From NCBI GenBank assembly GCA_041750655.1, contig JBGSYZ010000007.1, positions 41,493 to 105,492 of the forward strand: DNA of 64,000 nt, given 5' to 3'. Each line of letters begins with the position of its first letter. Position 1 is the stretch's first letter. The DNA is from Minisyncoccia bacterium. GTDB lineage: Bacteria; Patescibacteriota; Minisyncoccia; Phycocordibacterales; UBA918. Positions 9,834-19,480 of the stretch are shown piece by piece. The position numbers were made by a program, and so were the translations under genes. The notes below the pieces were generated by a model, which worked only from the letters and a program-made list of their open reading frames with translations, was not told the DNA's origin and did not search any database.

Positions 9834-10196
9834 ATGACAGATACGTCGAGCACATACAGTGTAGAAAACGCCGAATCGCAAATGCGAAAAGGTTTTTTAG
9901 AATTTCCAGTTTTATTAATTATTGGGGCTAAACCAACCTATGCACCGGATATTTTGAAGCAGCTCAAACAAGCGGATTTGTTGGTCGTGGAAGGAACTCT
10001 TTATCCATTGCTTTCCAGAATGAAACGAGCTGAGCTGGTTTCATACACTTGGGAAGAAAGTAAGAGTGGACCACCACGCAAGATGTACACCATCACCGCC
10101 TCTGGAGAAAAAGCCCTTAAACAGTTAGAGATTTCTTGGAAACGTCTCGACTCATCCGTAAACACCTTAATCAAACACTATGAAAAAAGTAATTAA
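9834..10196 (+). CDS. PadR family transcriptional regulator
   Basis: GTLYPLLSRMKRAELV...PRKMYTIT matches the PadR winged-helix signature. Confidence 0.8.
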   Translation: MTDTSSTYSVENAESQMRKGFLEFPVLLIIGAKPTYAPDILKQLKQADLLVVEGTLYPLLSRMKRAELVSYTWEESKSGPPRKMYTITASGEKALKQLEISWKRLDSSVNTLIKHYEKSN

Positions 10197-11376
10197 CATA
10201 ACCCTCGGTGGACTAGTGTTCGCTATTGAACAACCTGCTTACGATGCTTTAGAAAACTATCTTAAAGCAATTAGATCTACACTTACTTCTGATGATGCTG
10301 CAGAGGTAGTGGCTGATATAGAGACAGCTATAGCTGAAAAATTTGTAGCTCGCAATCGTAGTGAAAAAATAGCAGTGACAGAAGAAGACGTAAAAATAAT
10401 CGTTACAGAAATGGGCACACCGGCTGACTTTGGTGGAGAAGAAGACAGTGGGGCAAAAAATACTAAGGATACTAGTGAAGATGATATTAAAAAACGTCTC
10501 TATCGCGATACTGATGACGTAGTAATCGCCGGTGTTGCTTCAGGAATAGCCAAGTATTTTGATATTGATCCAGTGATTGTGCGAGTACTTTTTGTAATAT
10601 CGATTTTCTTTAATGGTCTTGGTCTCATTGTGTACGTGTTGTTATGGTTGGTTGTCCCGGCTGCTGAAACAACTACTCAAAAATACGCGATGCGGGGTGA
10701 GAAAGTAACTCTTAAAGAAATTACGGAACGAGTAAAAAAAAATCTGAACGATTTAGAAAGCAGCAATCTTGAGAAAGCTAGAGGAATTGGTTCGTCGCTA
10801 AGAAATATTCTAGTTAAGTTATTTGAAGTGGTTGGTGTCCTCATACGGGTGCTAGCAAAAGTAATTAGATATATTTTAGGATTTATTTTTGTGGTTGGTG
10901 GAGCTCTAAGTATTGCTGGACTCGTCTCAGCCTACTGCGTAATACTACTTTCAGATCGAGTTTTAATGCCTGCTGAAGTACAAACCTCTCTAGAAATAAT
11001 GTTGAGCTCCACCATGGGTGTAGTAGCAATAACTGCTTCGTTTGTGATGATGATTATTCCGATGCTTATTATTGTGGTAGCTGGGGCATGCTTAATAGCA
11101 AAGCGTAATTATTTTACAGTAACAAAATTAGTGACACTGTTTGTGGTTTGGGTAGTGGCAATAATCTTAGCTTTCACTGCGTCTGCCTTGCAGGTGGAAA
11201 AAGTTATGCAAGCCATTGGTCCTCTTGAAGACACAGAAAAATACAACATCCATATAAATGTTGACGATACCGGAGTTAATATTGAAAGAGAAGTGGTTGA
11301 AGAAGGCGAAAAAAGTCTGCCACCAGAAACTGAACCGATTGAATTACCAGATATTGAGAGTGCAAATATTGAGTAG
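10180..11376 (+). CDS. DUF1700-like / PspC-domain membrane protein
   Basis: N-terminal segment typical of PadR-associated DUF1700; central PspC motif (VIAGVASGIAKYFDIDPVIVRVLFVI); multiple TM helices. Confidence 0.6.
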   Translation: MKKVINITLGGLVFAIEQPAYDALENYLKAIRSTLTSDDAAEVVADIETAIAEKFVARNRSEKIAVTEEDVKIIVTEMGTPADFGGEEDSGAKNTKDTSEDDIKKRLYRDTDDVVIAGVASGIAKYFDIDPVIVRVLFVISIFFNGLGLIVYVLLWLVVPAAETTTQKYAMRGEKVTLKEITERVKKNLNDLESSNLEKARGIGSSLRNILVKLFEVVGVLIRVLAKVIRYILGFIFVVGGALSIAGLVSAYCVILLSDRVLMPAEVQTSLEIMLSSTMGVVAITASFVMMIIPMLIIVVAGACLIAKRNYFTVTKLVTLFVVWVVAIILAFTASALQVEKVMQAIGPLEDTEKYNIHINVDDTGVNIEREVVEEGEKSLPPETEPIELPDIESANIE

Positions 11377-11384
11377 AGTGCTAG

Positions 11385-11417
11385 AAAAAAGCCGGACCTT
11401 CGGTCCGGCTTTTTTCT
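11385..11417. terminator. Bidirectional rho-independent terminator
   Basis: A6-GCCGGACC-TTCG-GGTCCGGC-T7. Confidence 0.75.
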
Positions 11418-11841
11418 ATGTTTCAGCGCGCCAGCGCTTAAGGAGTTTGGAAAGCCCAAGTGAAGTGATGAAAATCAAGACTGAAAGAATGAGAAATTTT
11501 GGTTCTAAAACGTTGAAACTAAAACCTTCCATTTTAAATTCTTCTAAATTAAGTGAAGCCCCGATTGAAACAAATGTTGCTGTGCCAAGCAGGATTCCCA
11601 AGAACGTAGCGGTAATAAAGGGAATAAACTTAGTGTTAAGAATACCGGCAAAATAACTAACACCATCAAATGGGAGAAAGATAAGACGCATGGTAAGGAT
11701 GGCTTCAAAGGTGTTGGCGCGGAGAGTTTCAACCCAGTTACCTAATAGCGAATCTTCAAGGCGTAATCCTTTGCCGAAGAAACGTCCGACAGCATACGCG
11801 ACGGCAGAAGATATGGTAGCGGCAATGATGGTAAGTACAGT
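11416..11841 (-). CDS. C-terminal TVP38/TMEM64 (DedA superfamily) portion, in frame with the upstream ORF across a single TGA
   Basis: No stop codon in the 50 codons between the TGA (11842-11844) and the track ORF 11416..11691; encoded ...AYAVGRFFGKGLRLEDSLLGNWVETL...PFDGVSYFAGILNTKFIPF matches the TVP38 family. Confidence 0.5.
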   Translation of the reverse strand, partial: TVLTIIAATISSAVAYAVGRFFGKGLRLEDSLLGNWVETLRANTFEAILTMRLIFLPFDGVSYFAGILNTKFIPFITATFLGILLGTATFVSIGASLNLEEFKMEGFSFNVLEPKFLILSVLIFITSLGLSKLLKRWRAET

Positions 11842-13494
11842 TCAATAGACAAAACCAAAGAAAATTCCGGAGAGAATGGTGAGGGCAGCAGCCGGAAAGA
11901 AGGTAATTGGTCTAATGGTGTAAAAAAGAATATAGACGAGTGGACCCCAGGCCGTCATCGACACAAAGTCAAAAATCATGAGGGCAGTTTGGGTGGTGTC
12001 CATGCTGTTGGCAGCCTTGTAGTTGGAAATAAGAGAAAGTATAAGTACCCAGATTAGGCCGGCGATTATTTTAGACAGGTGACGCTTGAAAAGATTGAGG
12101 ATGTCGGTTTTAAGTGAACTCAATTGCTCGGCGAAAAAATAATCGCCGGCTTTTTTAATGACAAGAGAGTACGTAGGGTAGGCATAAATTGTTCGACGCA
12201 ATTGCCACATAGAAATCTTGTTATCAATCGCCAAGGTAAAAGGAGTGATAAGTTCACCGGCTCGCGGTCCTATAATGTGTGCACCAAGAACAGCACCGTT
12301 GAGGCGTCTGGCAATAACGACGAGTAAGCCGGCAGTTTCACCATCGGTCTTAGCTCGATCGTTTTCTGAAAATGGCACTTCAATCCGAATCAATTGGTTT
12401 TCCGGGTATTTAATTTTGGCATCATTCCACGACATGCCTACTTGAGCTACTTCTGGAGTAGTGTACGTGACTTTCGGGATAGCTTTTGTATTTTTTACTC
12501 GCAACCAACCTTTGCTCACTACTCGTGTAACTACTTGTCGCGCCGTGTCATCTGCAGTGTGTGTAAATTTATATCTCTGAGCGACGTCGCCAATGACGTA
12601 GACGTATTTGTTGCTGGTTCGATGTTGACTATCGACTTTTACGCCCTGAGCATCAAATGTAATTCCAGCTGCATCTAAACCTTTGGGAATATTAGGAATA
12701 CGCCCAATAGCCACGAGTACGTTGTCAAAAGGAACTGAAAAAGTTTCTGTAACGGTATCACCGTCTTTGCGGTCGAAAATGGCTTTGCCATTTTCGACTT
12801 TTGTTATAAACGCCTGTGTCTCAATTCTGACACCAGTTTCTTCTAAGGCATTTTTTAATATCGGCCTAATAGATTCATCTTCCAATCGGCCAAAGTCGTT
12901 GTCAATGGTAGCGATAGTAACTTGACTACCAAGCATTGATAGAGCTTGGCCCATCTCTAAACCGATAGGTCCAGAACCAATAACCAACGTTTGTTTTGGA
13001 ATTTCAGTTAGTGAAAAAAGATTTTGGTTGGTAAGAATTTCCGATTCGGCTAAACCAGGTACATGTATAAGTCGTGGCGAGGAACCAGTGGCAATAATAG
13101 CGTTTTTATAATGATATATATCCGTACCAATTTTGATAGAACATTTTGTATTAAAAATCGCTTCGCCGAGCACCACGTCTATACCCAATTTTTCAAATGT
13201 TTCCGGTGTTTCCTCATTTAAAATGTTAGTAATAACACCACGTACGTAGTTGAAAGCTTCGGTGCGAAAAGCTTCGCTTTTCGCACCCTCACCAGCTACT
13301 TTTACCGCAGCATAATATTCTTTGGCTTTATGCAGTAGCGCTTTGCTGGGAATACAGCCCGAGTTGGTACATTCACCACCCATATGTTCGCGTTCTACCA
13401 GGAGAACTTTTTTTCCAACTTTTGAAAATCCCACAGCAGCCGTGAGTCCACCTGAGCCAGCCCCTATCACTACCACGTCGTACAATTTCTCCAT
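11842..13494 (-). CDS. FAD-dependent pyridine nucleotide-disulfide oxidoreductase fused to the N-terminal part of a TVP38/DedA domain; ends at an in-frame TGA
   Basis: VVVIGAGSGGLTAA Rossmann motif; redox CxxxxC (GGECTNSGCIPSK); C-terminal dimerisation region; then TM helices of TVP38 interrupted by TGA at 11842-11844. Confidence 0.75.
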   Translation of the reverse strand: MEKLYDVVVIGAGSGGLTAAVGFSKVGKKVLLVEREHMGGECTNSGCIPSKALLHKAKEYYAAVKVAGEGAKSEAFRTEAFNYVRGVITNILNEETPETFEKLGIDVVLGEAIFNTKCSIKIGTDIYHYKNAIIATGSSPRLIHVPGLAESEILTNQNLFSLTEIPKQTLVIGSGPIGLEMGQALSMLGSQVTIATIDNDFGRLEDESIRPILKNALEETGVRIETQAFITKVENGKAIFDRKDGDTVTETFSVPFDNVLVAIGRIPNIPKGLDAAGITFDAQGVKVDSQHRTSNKYVYVIGDVAQRYKFTHTADDTARQVVTRVVSKGWLRVKNTKAIPKVTYTTPEVAQVGMSWNDAKIKYPENQLIRIEVPFSENDRAKTDGETAGLLVVIARRLNGAVLGAHIIGPRAGELITPFTLAIDNKISMWQLRRTIYAYPTYSLVIKKAGDYFFAEQLSSLKTDILNLFKRHLSKIIAGLIWVLILSLISNYKAANSMDTTQTALMIFDFVSMTAWGPLVYILFYTIRPITFFPAAALTILSGIFFGFVY

Positions 13495-13560
13495 GTAAAG
13501 TTAAGTTAACGTTAATAAATAAATTATACACTATTCATACTTACTCCTGAGATAAAAAAT

Positions 13561-13593
13561 TGCCGCCCGAGTGGTCGGGCGGCATGCTTTTGG
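13561..13593 (-). terminator. Rho-independent terminator for 13594..14010
   Basis: TGCCGCCCGA-GTGG-TCGGGCGGCA hairpin; T-run on the minus strand. Confidence 0.65.
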
Positions 13594-14010
13594 TTAGGGT
13601 GATACTTCCGTAACAACGCTTTGTCTGAATGGTCTGTTCGATAGACCATAAAAGATTACCTTATCAAGTGTTACCATGGAAATATAAAGATCATCAACAC
13701 CGTTTATATCGAAGCGTCTTCTAACACCCAATTTTTTAATTTCAAGTGGCTGGATTGAGGTAGAACTAACCCGACACGATTTGTTTGCATATTTTCGTTG
13801 AGTGCTATCCAAGGTAAGAGCTTTTGTTAAAGCAACATCACCGTAGTACTGCCAAGTATGCCACAGAGTGAACGTTTGCCCCATGGTAGGGCAGATGATA
13901 GTAAAATCAGAATTCTCTGGCTGTAAAATCACTTCATCCCCAGTCGTAATTTCAAATATAGAGATTGAAATTCCGTAGATGAAGATGAAGAGAAATTCAA
14001 TTAAAAGCAT
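13594..14010 (-). CDS. Hypothetical membrane-anchored protein
   Basis: N-terminal hydrophobic helix; 138 aa. Confidence 0.4.
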   Translation of the reverse strand: MLLIEFLFIFIYGISISIFEITTGDEVILQPENSDFTIICPTMGQTFTLWHTWQYYGDVALTKALTLDSTQRKYANKSCRVSSTSIQPLEIKKLGVRRRFDINGVDDLYISMVTLDKVIFYGLSNRPFRQSVVTEVSP

Positions 14011-14085
14011 GCGCCACCTCCTTGTCTGTACCTAGATTACGTATTATTTATTTAGGGTCAAGTTATGAGTATGATTAATAAACAA

Positions 14086-14105
14086 GCGCGTGCCCGGGGC
14101 ACGCG
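14086..14105 (-). terminator. Rho-independent terminator for 14108..14410
   Basis: GCGCGTGCCC/GGGCACGCGC palindrome next to the stop, T-rich on the minus strand. Confidence 0.6.
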
Positions 14106-14107
14106 CT

Positions 14108-14410
14108 TCAATTATCACAACTCCATTTGTCAAAATAATGTCTATATACCAAACATTCCAATTCTTTCAGTTTTTTATTGTTGTCGGTATTTATTTTCTT
14201 CAGTTCTTGGAGCGTGGCAATTGCACAGGTAAAGTCATTGGTACATAGCCACAGCACTTCTGACTCAAGTATTGAAGTGTGAAGCTCCAAGCCCGTGGCA
14301 GATTTAAGTACGAACTCGTATCCTCGGCGACCCATCTCGTACATCCACTCTCGACCTAAACCGGGGTTAAAACCAAGTTGAAAGATGAGAATGAAAGGCA
14401 TGATTTTCAT
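14108..14410 (-). CDS. Small secreted hypothetical protein
   Basis: Signal-peptide-like N-terminus (MKIMPFILIFQLGF). Confidence 0.4.
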   Translation of the reverse strand: MKIMPFILIFQLGFNPGLGREWMYEMGRRGYEFVLKSATGLELHTSILESEVLWLCTNDFTCAIATLQELKKINTDNNKKLKELECLVYRHYFDKWSCDN

Positions 14411-14466
14411 TCTATCCTCCTGAGTGTTTCTGATTATAGATTAGCATGTGTTTTACGACTTTAGCG

Positions 14467-14495
14467 TTGCATATATGGATTTAATACCGTATAGT
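14467..14495 (+). promoter_or_regulatory. Sigma70-like promoter upstream of fusA
   Basis: TTGCAT - 17 nt - TATAGT; followed by a ~130-nt leader containing a GTGCGGCGAC-GAAG-GTCGCCGCAC hairpin. Confidence 0.45.
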
Positions 14496-14626
14496 ATTGC
14501 AGCTCAGCCCTTTTTGGGCAATTTTTCTATTGCGGGAGGGAGGTGCGGCGACGAAGTCGCCGCACAAACGCGCTTTAGGGAGGATTATAAACGGCAATTA
14601 ATCATTTAATAACCAAGATATTTATT

Positions 14627-16786
14627 ATGGCGAGGAAATTTCCAATCGAAAAAATGCGTAACTTCGGTATTGTAGCGCACGTTGATGCTGGTAAAACTAC
14701 CACTTCTGAGCGGGTACTTTTTTATACCGGTATGAGCCACAAAATCGGTGAAGTACACGATGGTGCTACTGTTACTGACTGGATGGAGCAAGAGCGAGAG
14801 CGTGGTATCACTATTACCGCTGCCGCTATCTCTTGTAACTGGACTAAGACCATGGTGGAAGATCGTACCTCAGACAACCTAAAGTTTGCGTTTAATATTA
14901 TTGACACTCCCGGTCACATTGACTTTACGGCTGAAGTAAAGCGTTCCATGCGCGTACTTGATGGTGCTGTAGTGGTATTTGACGGCGCAGCCGGCGTAGA
15001 GCCACAAACTGAAACCAACTGGGGGTATGCTGACGAAGCGGCTGTTCCTCGCCTCTGCTTCATCAATAAGATGGACAAACTTGGTGCCGATTATGATGCT
15101 TCGATAAAATCAATTGAAGACAGACTAAGTAAAAAAGCTGTTCGTATCCAACTCCCAATCGGACGCGAAGACACTCTCTCGGGTGTGGTTGATCTCATTA
15201 CTATGAAAGCGTATCGCTTTGGCGGTGAAATGGGTATGACAGTAACTGAAGAAGACATTCCTGCAGATTTAGTTGAAGAAGCTACCAAGCGCCGAGCCGA
15301 AATGATAGAACGAGTAGTAGAACATGATGATGTACTCATGGAAGCCTTCCTCGAAGGAAATGAACCTTCAATGGAAGACCTTAAAAAGACACTTCGTAAA
15401 GCGGTCATTGCCAACGAAATTTTTCCAGTCCTTACTGGTTCAGCTCTTAAAAATATTGGTGTGCAATTGGTACTCGACGCAGTGGTTGACTATCTGCCAG
15501 CGCCAACCGATTTACCACCGGTAGTTGGTATTAATCCAAAGACTGACGAAGAAGTCACTCGTAATCCTTCAGACGAAGACCCATTTGCTGGTTTAGTATT
15601 CAAACTGCAAGACGATAAATTCGTTGGTCAGCTCGCGTTCTTCCGGGTGTATTCTGGAAAAGTGAGTGCTGGTAGTTACATTCTTAACTCAAGTACTGGC
15701 AACAAAGAACGAGTAGGACGAATCGTGCGACTCCAAGCAGACAAGCGAGAAGAAGTGGATGAAGTATACGCTGGTGAAATTGCGGCAGCAGTAGGGCTTA
15801 AAGAAATTAAAACCTCGCATACTTTGTGTGACCAAGACAAGCCAATTATCCTTGAAACCATTACATTCCCAGAACCAGTGGTAGCAGTGCGAGTAGAACC
15901 AAAAACCAAGAATGACCAAGAAAAGATGGGTGTAGCTTTACGACGTCTGTCAGACGAAGACCCAACGTTCAAGGTTTCCACGGATGAAGAAACAATGGAA
16001 ACTATTATTGCTGGTATGGGTGAGTTACATCTTGATATTCTCGTCGACCGAATGAAGCGAGAGTTTGGTGTAGAAGCTAATATCGGTCAGCCGCAAGTGG
16101 CCTATCGAGAAACTATTCAACGCGAAGCTGAAGCTGACCACAAGTACGTGAAGCAGTCGGGAGGTCGTGGACAATATGGACACGCCAAGATTATTATTCG
16201 TCCGCTTAAGCCTTTAGCAGAAGATGAGACGGTTGCTAAGAACGTAACTCGAGAAGATCACTTTGAATTCATCAACAGTATCAAGGGAGGTGTGATTCCG
16301 GCCGAGTACATCCCAGCAGTCATGAAAGGTTGTAAGGAAGCAATGACTCGCGGTTTCGTAGCTGGTTACAAAATGGAAGACGTGTCAGTAGAGCTCGTCG
16401 ATGGTTCATACCATGATGTAGACTCGAGTGAAATTGCTTTCAAACTAGCAGGTATTCAAGCTTTCAAAGAAGCAGCGGCGAAAGCTGGTCCAGTTATTCT
16501 GGAACCAATTATGAAGGTAGAAGTACGAACACCAGATGAATACATGGGTGATATTCAAGGTAATATTTCATCTAAGCGTGGTCAGATTGAAGGCTCTGAA
16601 GAATTGGGAGGGAAGACTATCGTTAATGCTAAAGTGCCGCTATCAGAAATGTTTGGCTACACCAACACACTTCGATCTATGACTCAAGGACGTGCGTCTA
16701 TGACCATGGAGTTTGATCACTACGAAGTAGTGCCACCAAATGTCGCTGAAGATATTAAGAAGGCAAGAGGCGTAAAGAGTGAGTAA
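14627..16786 (+). CDS. fusA: Elongation factor G
   Basis: [35 protein letters not shown] and full-length EF-G similarity. Confidence 0.95.
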   Translation: MARKFPIEKMRNFGIVAHVDAGKTTTSERVLFYTGMSHKIGEVHDGATVTDWMEQERERGITITAAAISCNWTKTMVEDRTSDNLKFAFNIIDTPGHIDFTAEVKRSMRVLDGAVVVFDGAAGVEPQTETNWGYADEAAVPRLCFINKMDKLGADYDASIKSIEDRLSKKAVRIQLPIGREDTLSGVVDLITMKAYRFGGEMGMTVTEEDIPADLVEEATKRRAEMIERVVEHDDVLMEAFLEGNEPSMEDLKKTLRKAVIANEIFPVLTGSALKNIGVQLVLDAVVDYLPAPTDLPPVVGINPKTDEEVTRNPSDEDPFAGLVFKLQDDKFVGQLAFFRVYSGKVSAGSYILNSSTGNKERVGRIVRLQADKREEVDEVYAGEIAAAVGLKEIKTSHTLCDQDKPIILETITFPEPVVAVRVEPKTKNDQEKMGVALRRLSDEDPTFKVSTDEETMETIIAGMGELHLDILVDRMKREFGVEANIGQPQVAYRETIQREAEADHKYVKQSGGRGQYGHAKIIIRPLKPLAEDETVAKNVTREDHFEFINSIKGGVIPAEYIPAVMKGCKEAMTRGFVAGYKMEDVSVELVDGSYHDVDSSEIAFKLAGIQAFKEAAAKAGPVILEPIMKVEVRTPDEYMGDIQGNISSKRGQIEGSEELGGKTIVNAKVPLSEMFGYTNTLRSMTQGRASMTMEFDHYEVVPPNVAEDIKKARGVKSE

Positions 16787-17058
16787 CCTCACTCTTTACG
16801 GAGGTTGCCTAGCATTTTCGTAGAAAATGGTAGGCAAACTGTACAGATCCTGTAAGGATTTAAAGCTGAACAGTTAAAGCGTTAGCTTTAACTGCCTTCA
16901 CGAGACGGAGCGTTATGAGGAGCGCATTTACTAACGCGACGAATCGCGAGTCCGGGGAGAAAGTACTTAGTAGAATTTATGTGAGACAAAAATTATACTT
17001 AGTAACTTGACCCTGAAAGTGAGTAGCCTTACTTTTTACAGACCTTGCTTAATCAAAA
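16787..17058 (+). other. Highly structured intergenic region downstream of fusA (candidate ncRNA / processing element)
   Basis: 15-bp hairpin TTGCCTAGCATTTTC...GAAAATGGTAGGCAA, perfect 10-bp hairpin CAGTTAAAGC-GTTA-GCTTTAACTG, and a segment homologous to 33560..33690. Confidence 0.35.
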
Positions 17059-17092
17059 ACGACCGGCGCCTTAGGGCGCCGGTCGTTTTAGT
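17059..17092 (+). terminator. Rho-independent terminator
   Basis: ACGACCGGCGCC-TTAG-GGCGCCGGTCGT followed by TTTTA. Confidence 0.7.
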
Positions 17093-17132
17093 TGGGGATA
17101 GTCATTTATTGTCAACAAATGTGGAGTAGAAT

Positions 17133-17585
17133 ATGTATATGGAACAGAATGAGGAAAATGAAAGTTTTCCACCTCAAATTGATGAATCTGAGTACAAAAT
17201 GCCAGAATCTAGCTTTGGAGTTACTACTTCAAAAAGTATTTTTCCTTGGCCGGTTATTTTTGTGGTTATTTTCTTGCTGGTACTACTCACTGGGCTAGGT
17301 TTTTATATTTACATGGGAATGAGTCACACTCCTGCTACAATTTCAGATACAAATCTTGAACCAGTGTCAGAAAATTTATCTGAAACAAATAAAAGTGATT
17401 CAGAGGATATTTCACCTGAAATGATTGCAAAAATGCAATCCATGCAGCGAGATACAATGGTTACTGATGAGGATGTTGCGCGTATGGAATCTATGCAACA
17501 GGAAGCTCCAGATCAAGAGATTGATCAGGAGGTATTAGACCGCATGCAAGCGATGAATCCAGACGTTTCATTACCAAATCCATAA
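17133..17585 (+). CDS. Single-pass membrane protein with acidic Met/Gln-rich C-terminal region (hypothetical)
   Basis: Central TM helix (WPVIFVVIFLLVLLTGLGFYIYM); repeated MQSMQ / MESMQ / RMQAM motifs. Confidence 0.4.
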   Translation: MYMEQNEENESFPPQIDESEYKMPESSFGVTTSKSIFPWPVIFVVIFLLVLLTGLGFYIYMGMSHTPATISDTNLEPVSENLSETNKSDSEDISPEMIAKMQSMQRDTMVTDEDVARMESMQQEAPDQEIDQEVLDRMQAMNPDVSLPNP

Positions 17586-17608
17586 TTCGTTATTTTAATT
17601 TTATAAAT

Positions 17609-18049
17609 ATGAGTAAAAATATAACTATGACCTACACACGTTCACTTTCACAAATTTTTGTTTTAGGAGTCGCTTTACTAATCTTGTTTAGTTACCAGTA
17701 TCTGGGGGCGGCCTGGACCAATCCTCCAAGTTCACCAACCAGCAATAATGTAGACGCGCCGATAAATGTAGGTACAGATCCTCAGATTAAGCTAGGTGAC
17801 ATTACCGCTGTACATCAAAAAGCAGGCTCACAAATGTGGTCACCTGAATACTGTGATGAAAACGGCGCTAATTGTATTGATCCAGCGACAGCAGTTTTTA
17901 TAAATGCGGCTTGTAGTGATGGTAATATACTCTATAAAACTGGTGGTTCGTGGACATGTGTGAACAATGTAACCAACTTATTCCCGTCTTGTTCAAACGG
18001 ACAGGTTTTAATGAAGGACGGTGGAGTGTGGGGTTGTACTGATAAATAA
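17609..18049 (+). CDS. Secreted hypothetical protein
   Basis: N-terminal TM/signal segment; six Cys; 6-nt spacing to the next gene (operon). Confidence 0.45.
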   Translation: MSKNITMTYTRSLSQIFVLGVALLILFSYQYLGAAWTNPPSSPTSNNVDAPINVGTDPQIKLGDITAVHQKAGSQMWSPEYCDENGANCIDPATAVFINAACSDGNILYKTGGSWTCVNNVTNLFPSCSNGQVLMKDGGVWGCTDK

Positions 18050-18055
18050 ATCTTC

Positions 18056-19174
18056 ATGAATTTTGCATATACCATTCGAAATTCAGCCTTTATTGCCTTT
18101 GCTATTTTGTTTGTTTACTTAATTTCTCAAACAACTTTCGCGCAATCTGTAACCAGTACGCTTGGTGGCTACGCCTGGAGTAGTACTATTGGGTGGCTAC
18201 AAATGAGCGGAGTTGCTTCTGATAGCTCAATATACGGAGTAAATCTTGACTCCTCTTCAAATCTGAGTGGCTACGCCTGGAGTAGTACTATTGGGTGGGT
18301 GAAATTTGGTAGCCTGTCTGGTTGTCCAGCTACCTCAAATTGTGATGCCCGTATAGTCAGTGGGGGTGAATTAAGTGGATGGGCTCGCGCTTGTACAGTA
18401 TTTCAATCAGGATGTAGCGGAGCTTTAAAACCAGATACAGCAACAGGAGGTTGGGATGGTTGGATATCACTCAATTGTAATAACACATTGTCGTGTGGTA
18501 CTAGTAACTATAGATGGAAACTAACTGGCTCTACTATTTCAGGGTATGCGTGGGGTGGCAGTGTAGTCGGTTGGTTATATGCCGATAATATTGACCTAGG
18601 ACTATCGCCTGCTACCGTAAATATTGGTGTACGTACACTAGGTTCTAGTAACCCGTTTACCTATACTTCACCATATCCACTTAGTGATGGTGAAGAAATT
18701 GAAGTAGGCTGGGATTCAGCCGACGCCTATGAGTGTTTTTCTACTCAAGGTAGTGGATTTTCAACCAGCGCTCAACTCAATGGTGTTGATGATACAGTTA
18801 GTGAACCAGCTAGTGGTTCCACAGAGACCTTCACAATATTTTGTCGTGGTATAGCAGGTGATGGGGCAGATTCCATTACTGTTGAATACCCTGTATCACA
18901 GGTTAGTATTTGGACTGAACCTATAATAACCGAACTAAACAACACGGTTATGATTTATTGGGATGTGACTGGCAATGATCCAGCAGCCTGCTCAATATCA
19001 GGACCTAATGGCTTTGGGATGACTTTAATCGCTGGCGAAGAATCCGGCTCGGTATCGAGTGACCCAATAGAAGGAGAGTCAGACTACACCATCACGTGCG
19101 CCGCCAACGGTATTAATCCAGCTGCTAATAATGCTGTTAAGGTCCGAGTGAATGCTAGTTCAGTAGAATCATAA
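18056..19174 (+). CDS. Secreted repeat protein (GYAWSSTIGW repeats)
   Basis: Signal peptide (AFAILFVYLISQTTFAQS); three GYAW(S/G)(S/G)(T/S)(I/V)GW repeats; exact 32-nt DNA duplication at 18165..18197 and 18267..18298. Confidence 0.45.
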   Translation: MNFAYTIRNSAFIAFAILFVYLISQTTFAQSVTSTLGGYAWSSTIGWLQMSGVASDSSIYGVNLDSSSNLSGYAWSSTIGWVKFGSLSGCPATSNCDARIVSGGELSGWARACTVFQSGCSGALKPDTATGGWDGWISLNCNNTLSCGTSNYRWKLTGSTISGYAWGGSVVGWLYADNIDLGLSPATVNIGVRTLGSSNPFTYTSPYPLSDGEEIEVGWDSADAYECFSTQGSGFSTSAQLNGVDDTVSEPASGSTETFTIFCRGIAGDGADSITVEYPVSQVSIWTEPIITELNNTVMIYWDVTGNDPAACSISGPNGFGMTLIAGEESGSVSSDPIEGESDYTITCAANGINPAANNAVKVRVNASSVES

Positions 19175-19480
19175 GTTTTGACCAAGTAAATTTAAAATTG
19201 GATAGCGTTAAATTTATTTTTTCTAAATATTTTTCTTGCACAGAGATTATTAATTTTGCTTTGCTATTAAAAAGCAAAAATAACTTGTCAAAAGTGCACC
19301 ACTCCTGTAACATACCGTGCACTACATTGCGCTTTTTCGGTGTGGGGATTCGCATTTTTATGCGTTTACTTATTTGAAGCGTGCTAGGGATGAGGCAAAT
19401 GTTCTCGCCTTCATCTCTGGTAGGTTTTATACCAATATAGCCAGGTGGTATTTATTAGTTCATTAGTATAAAAATTACTT

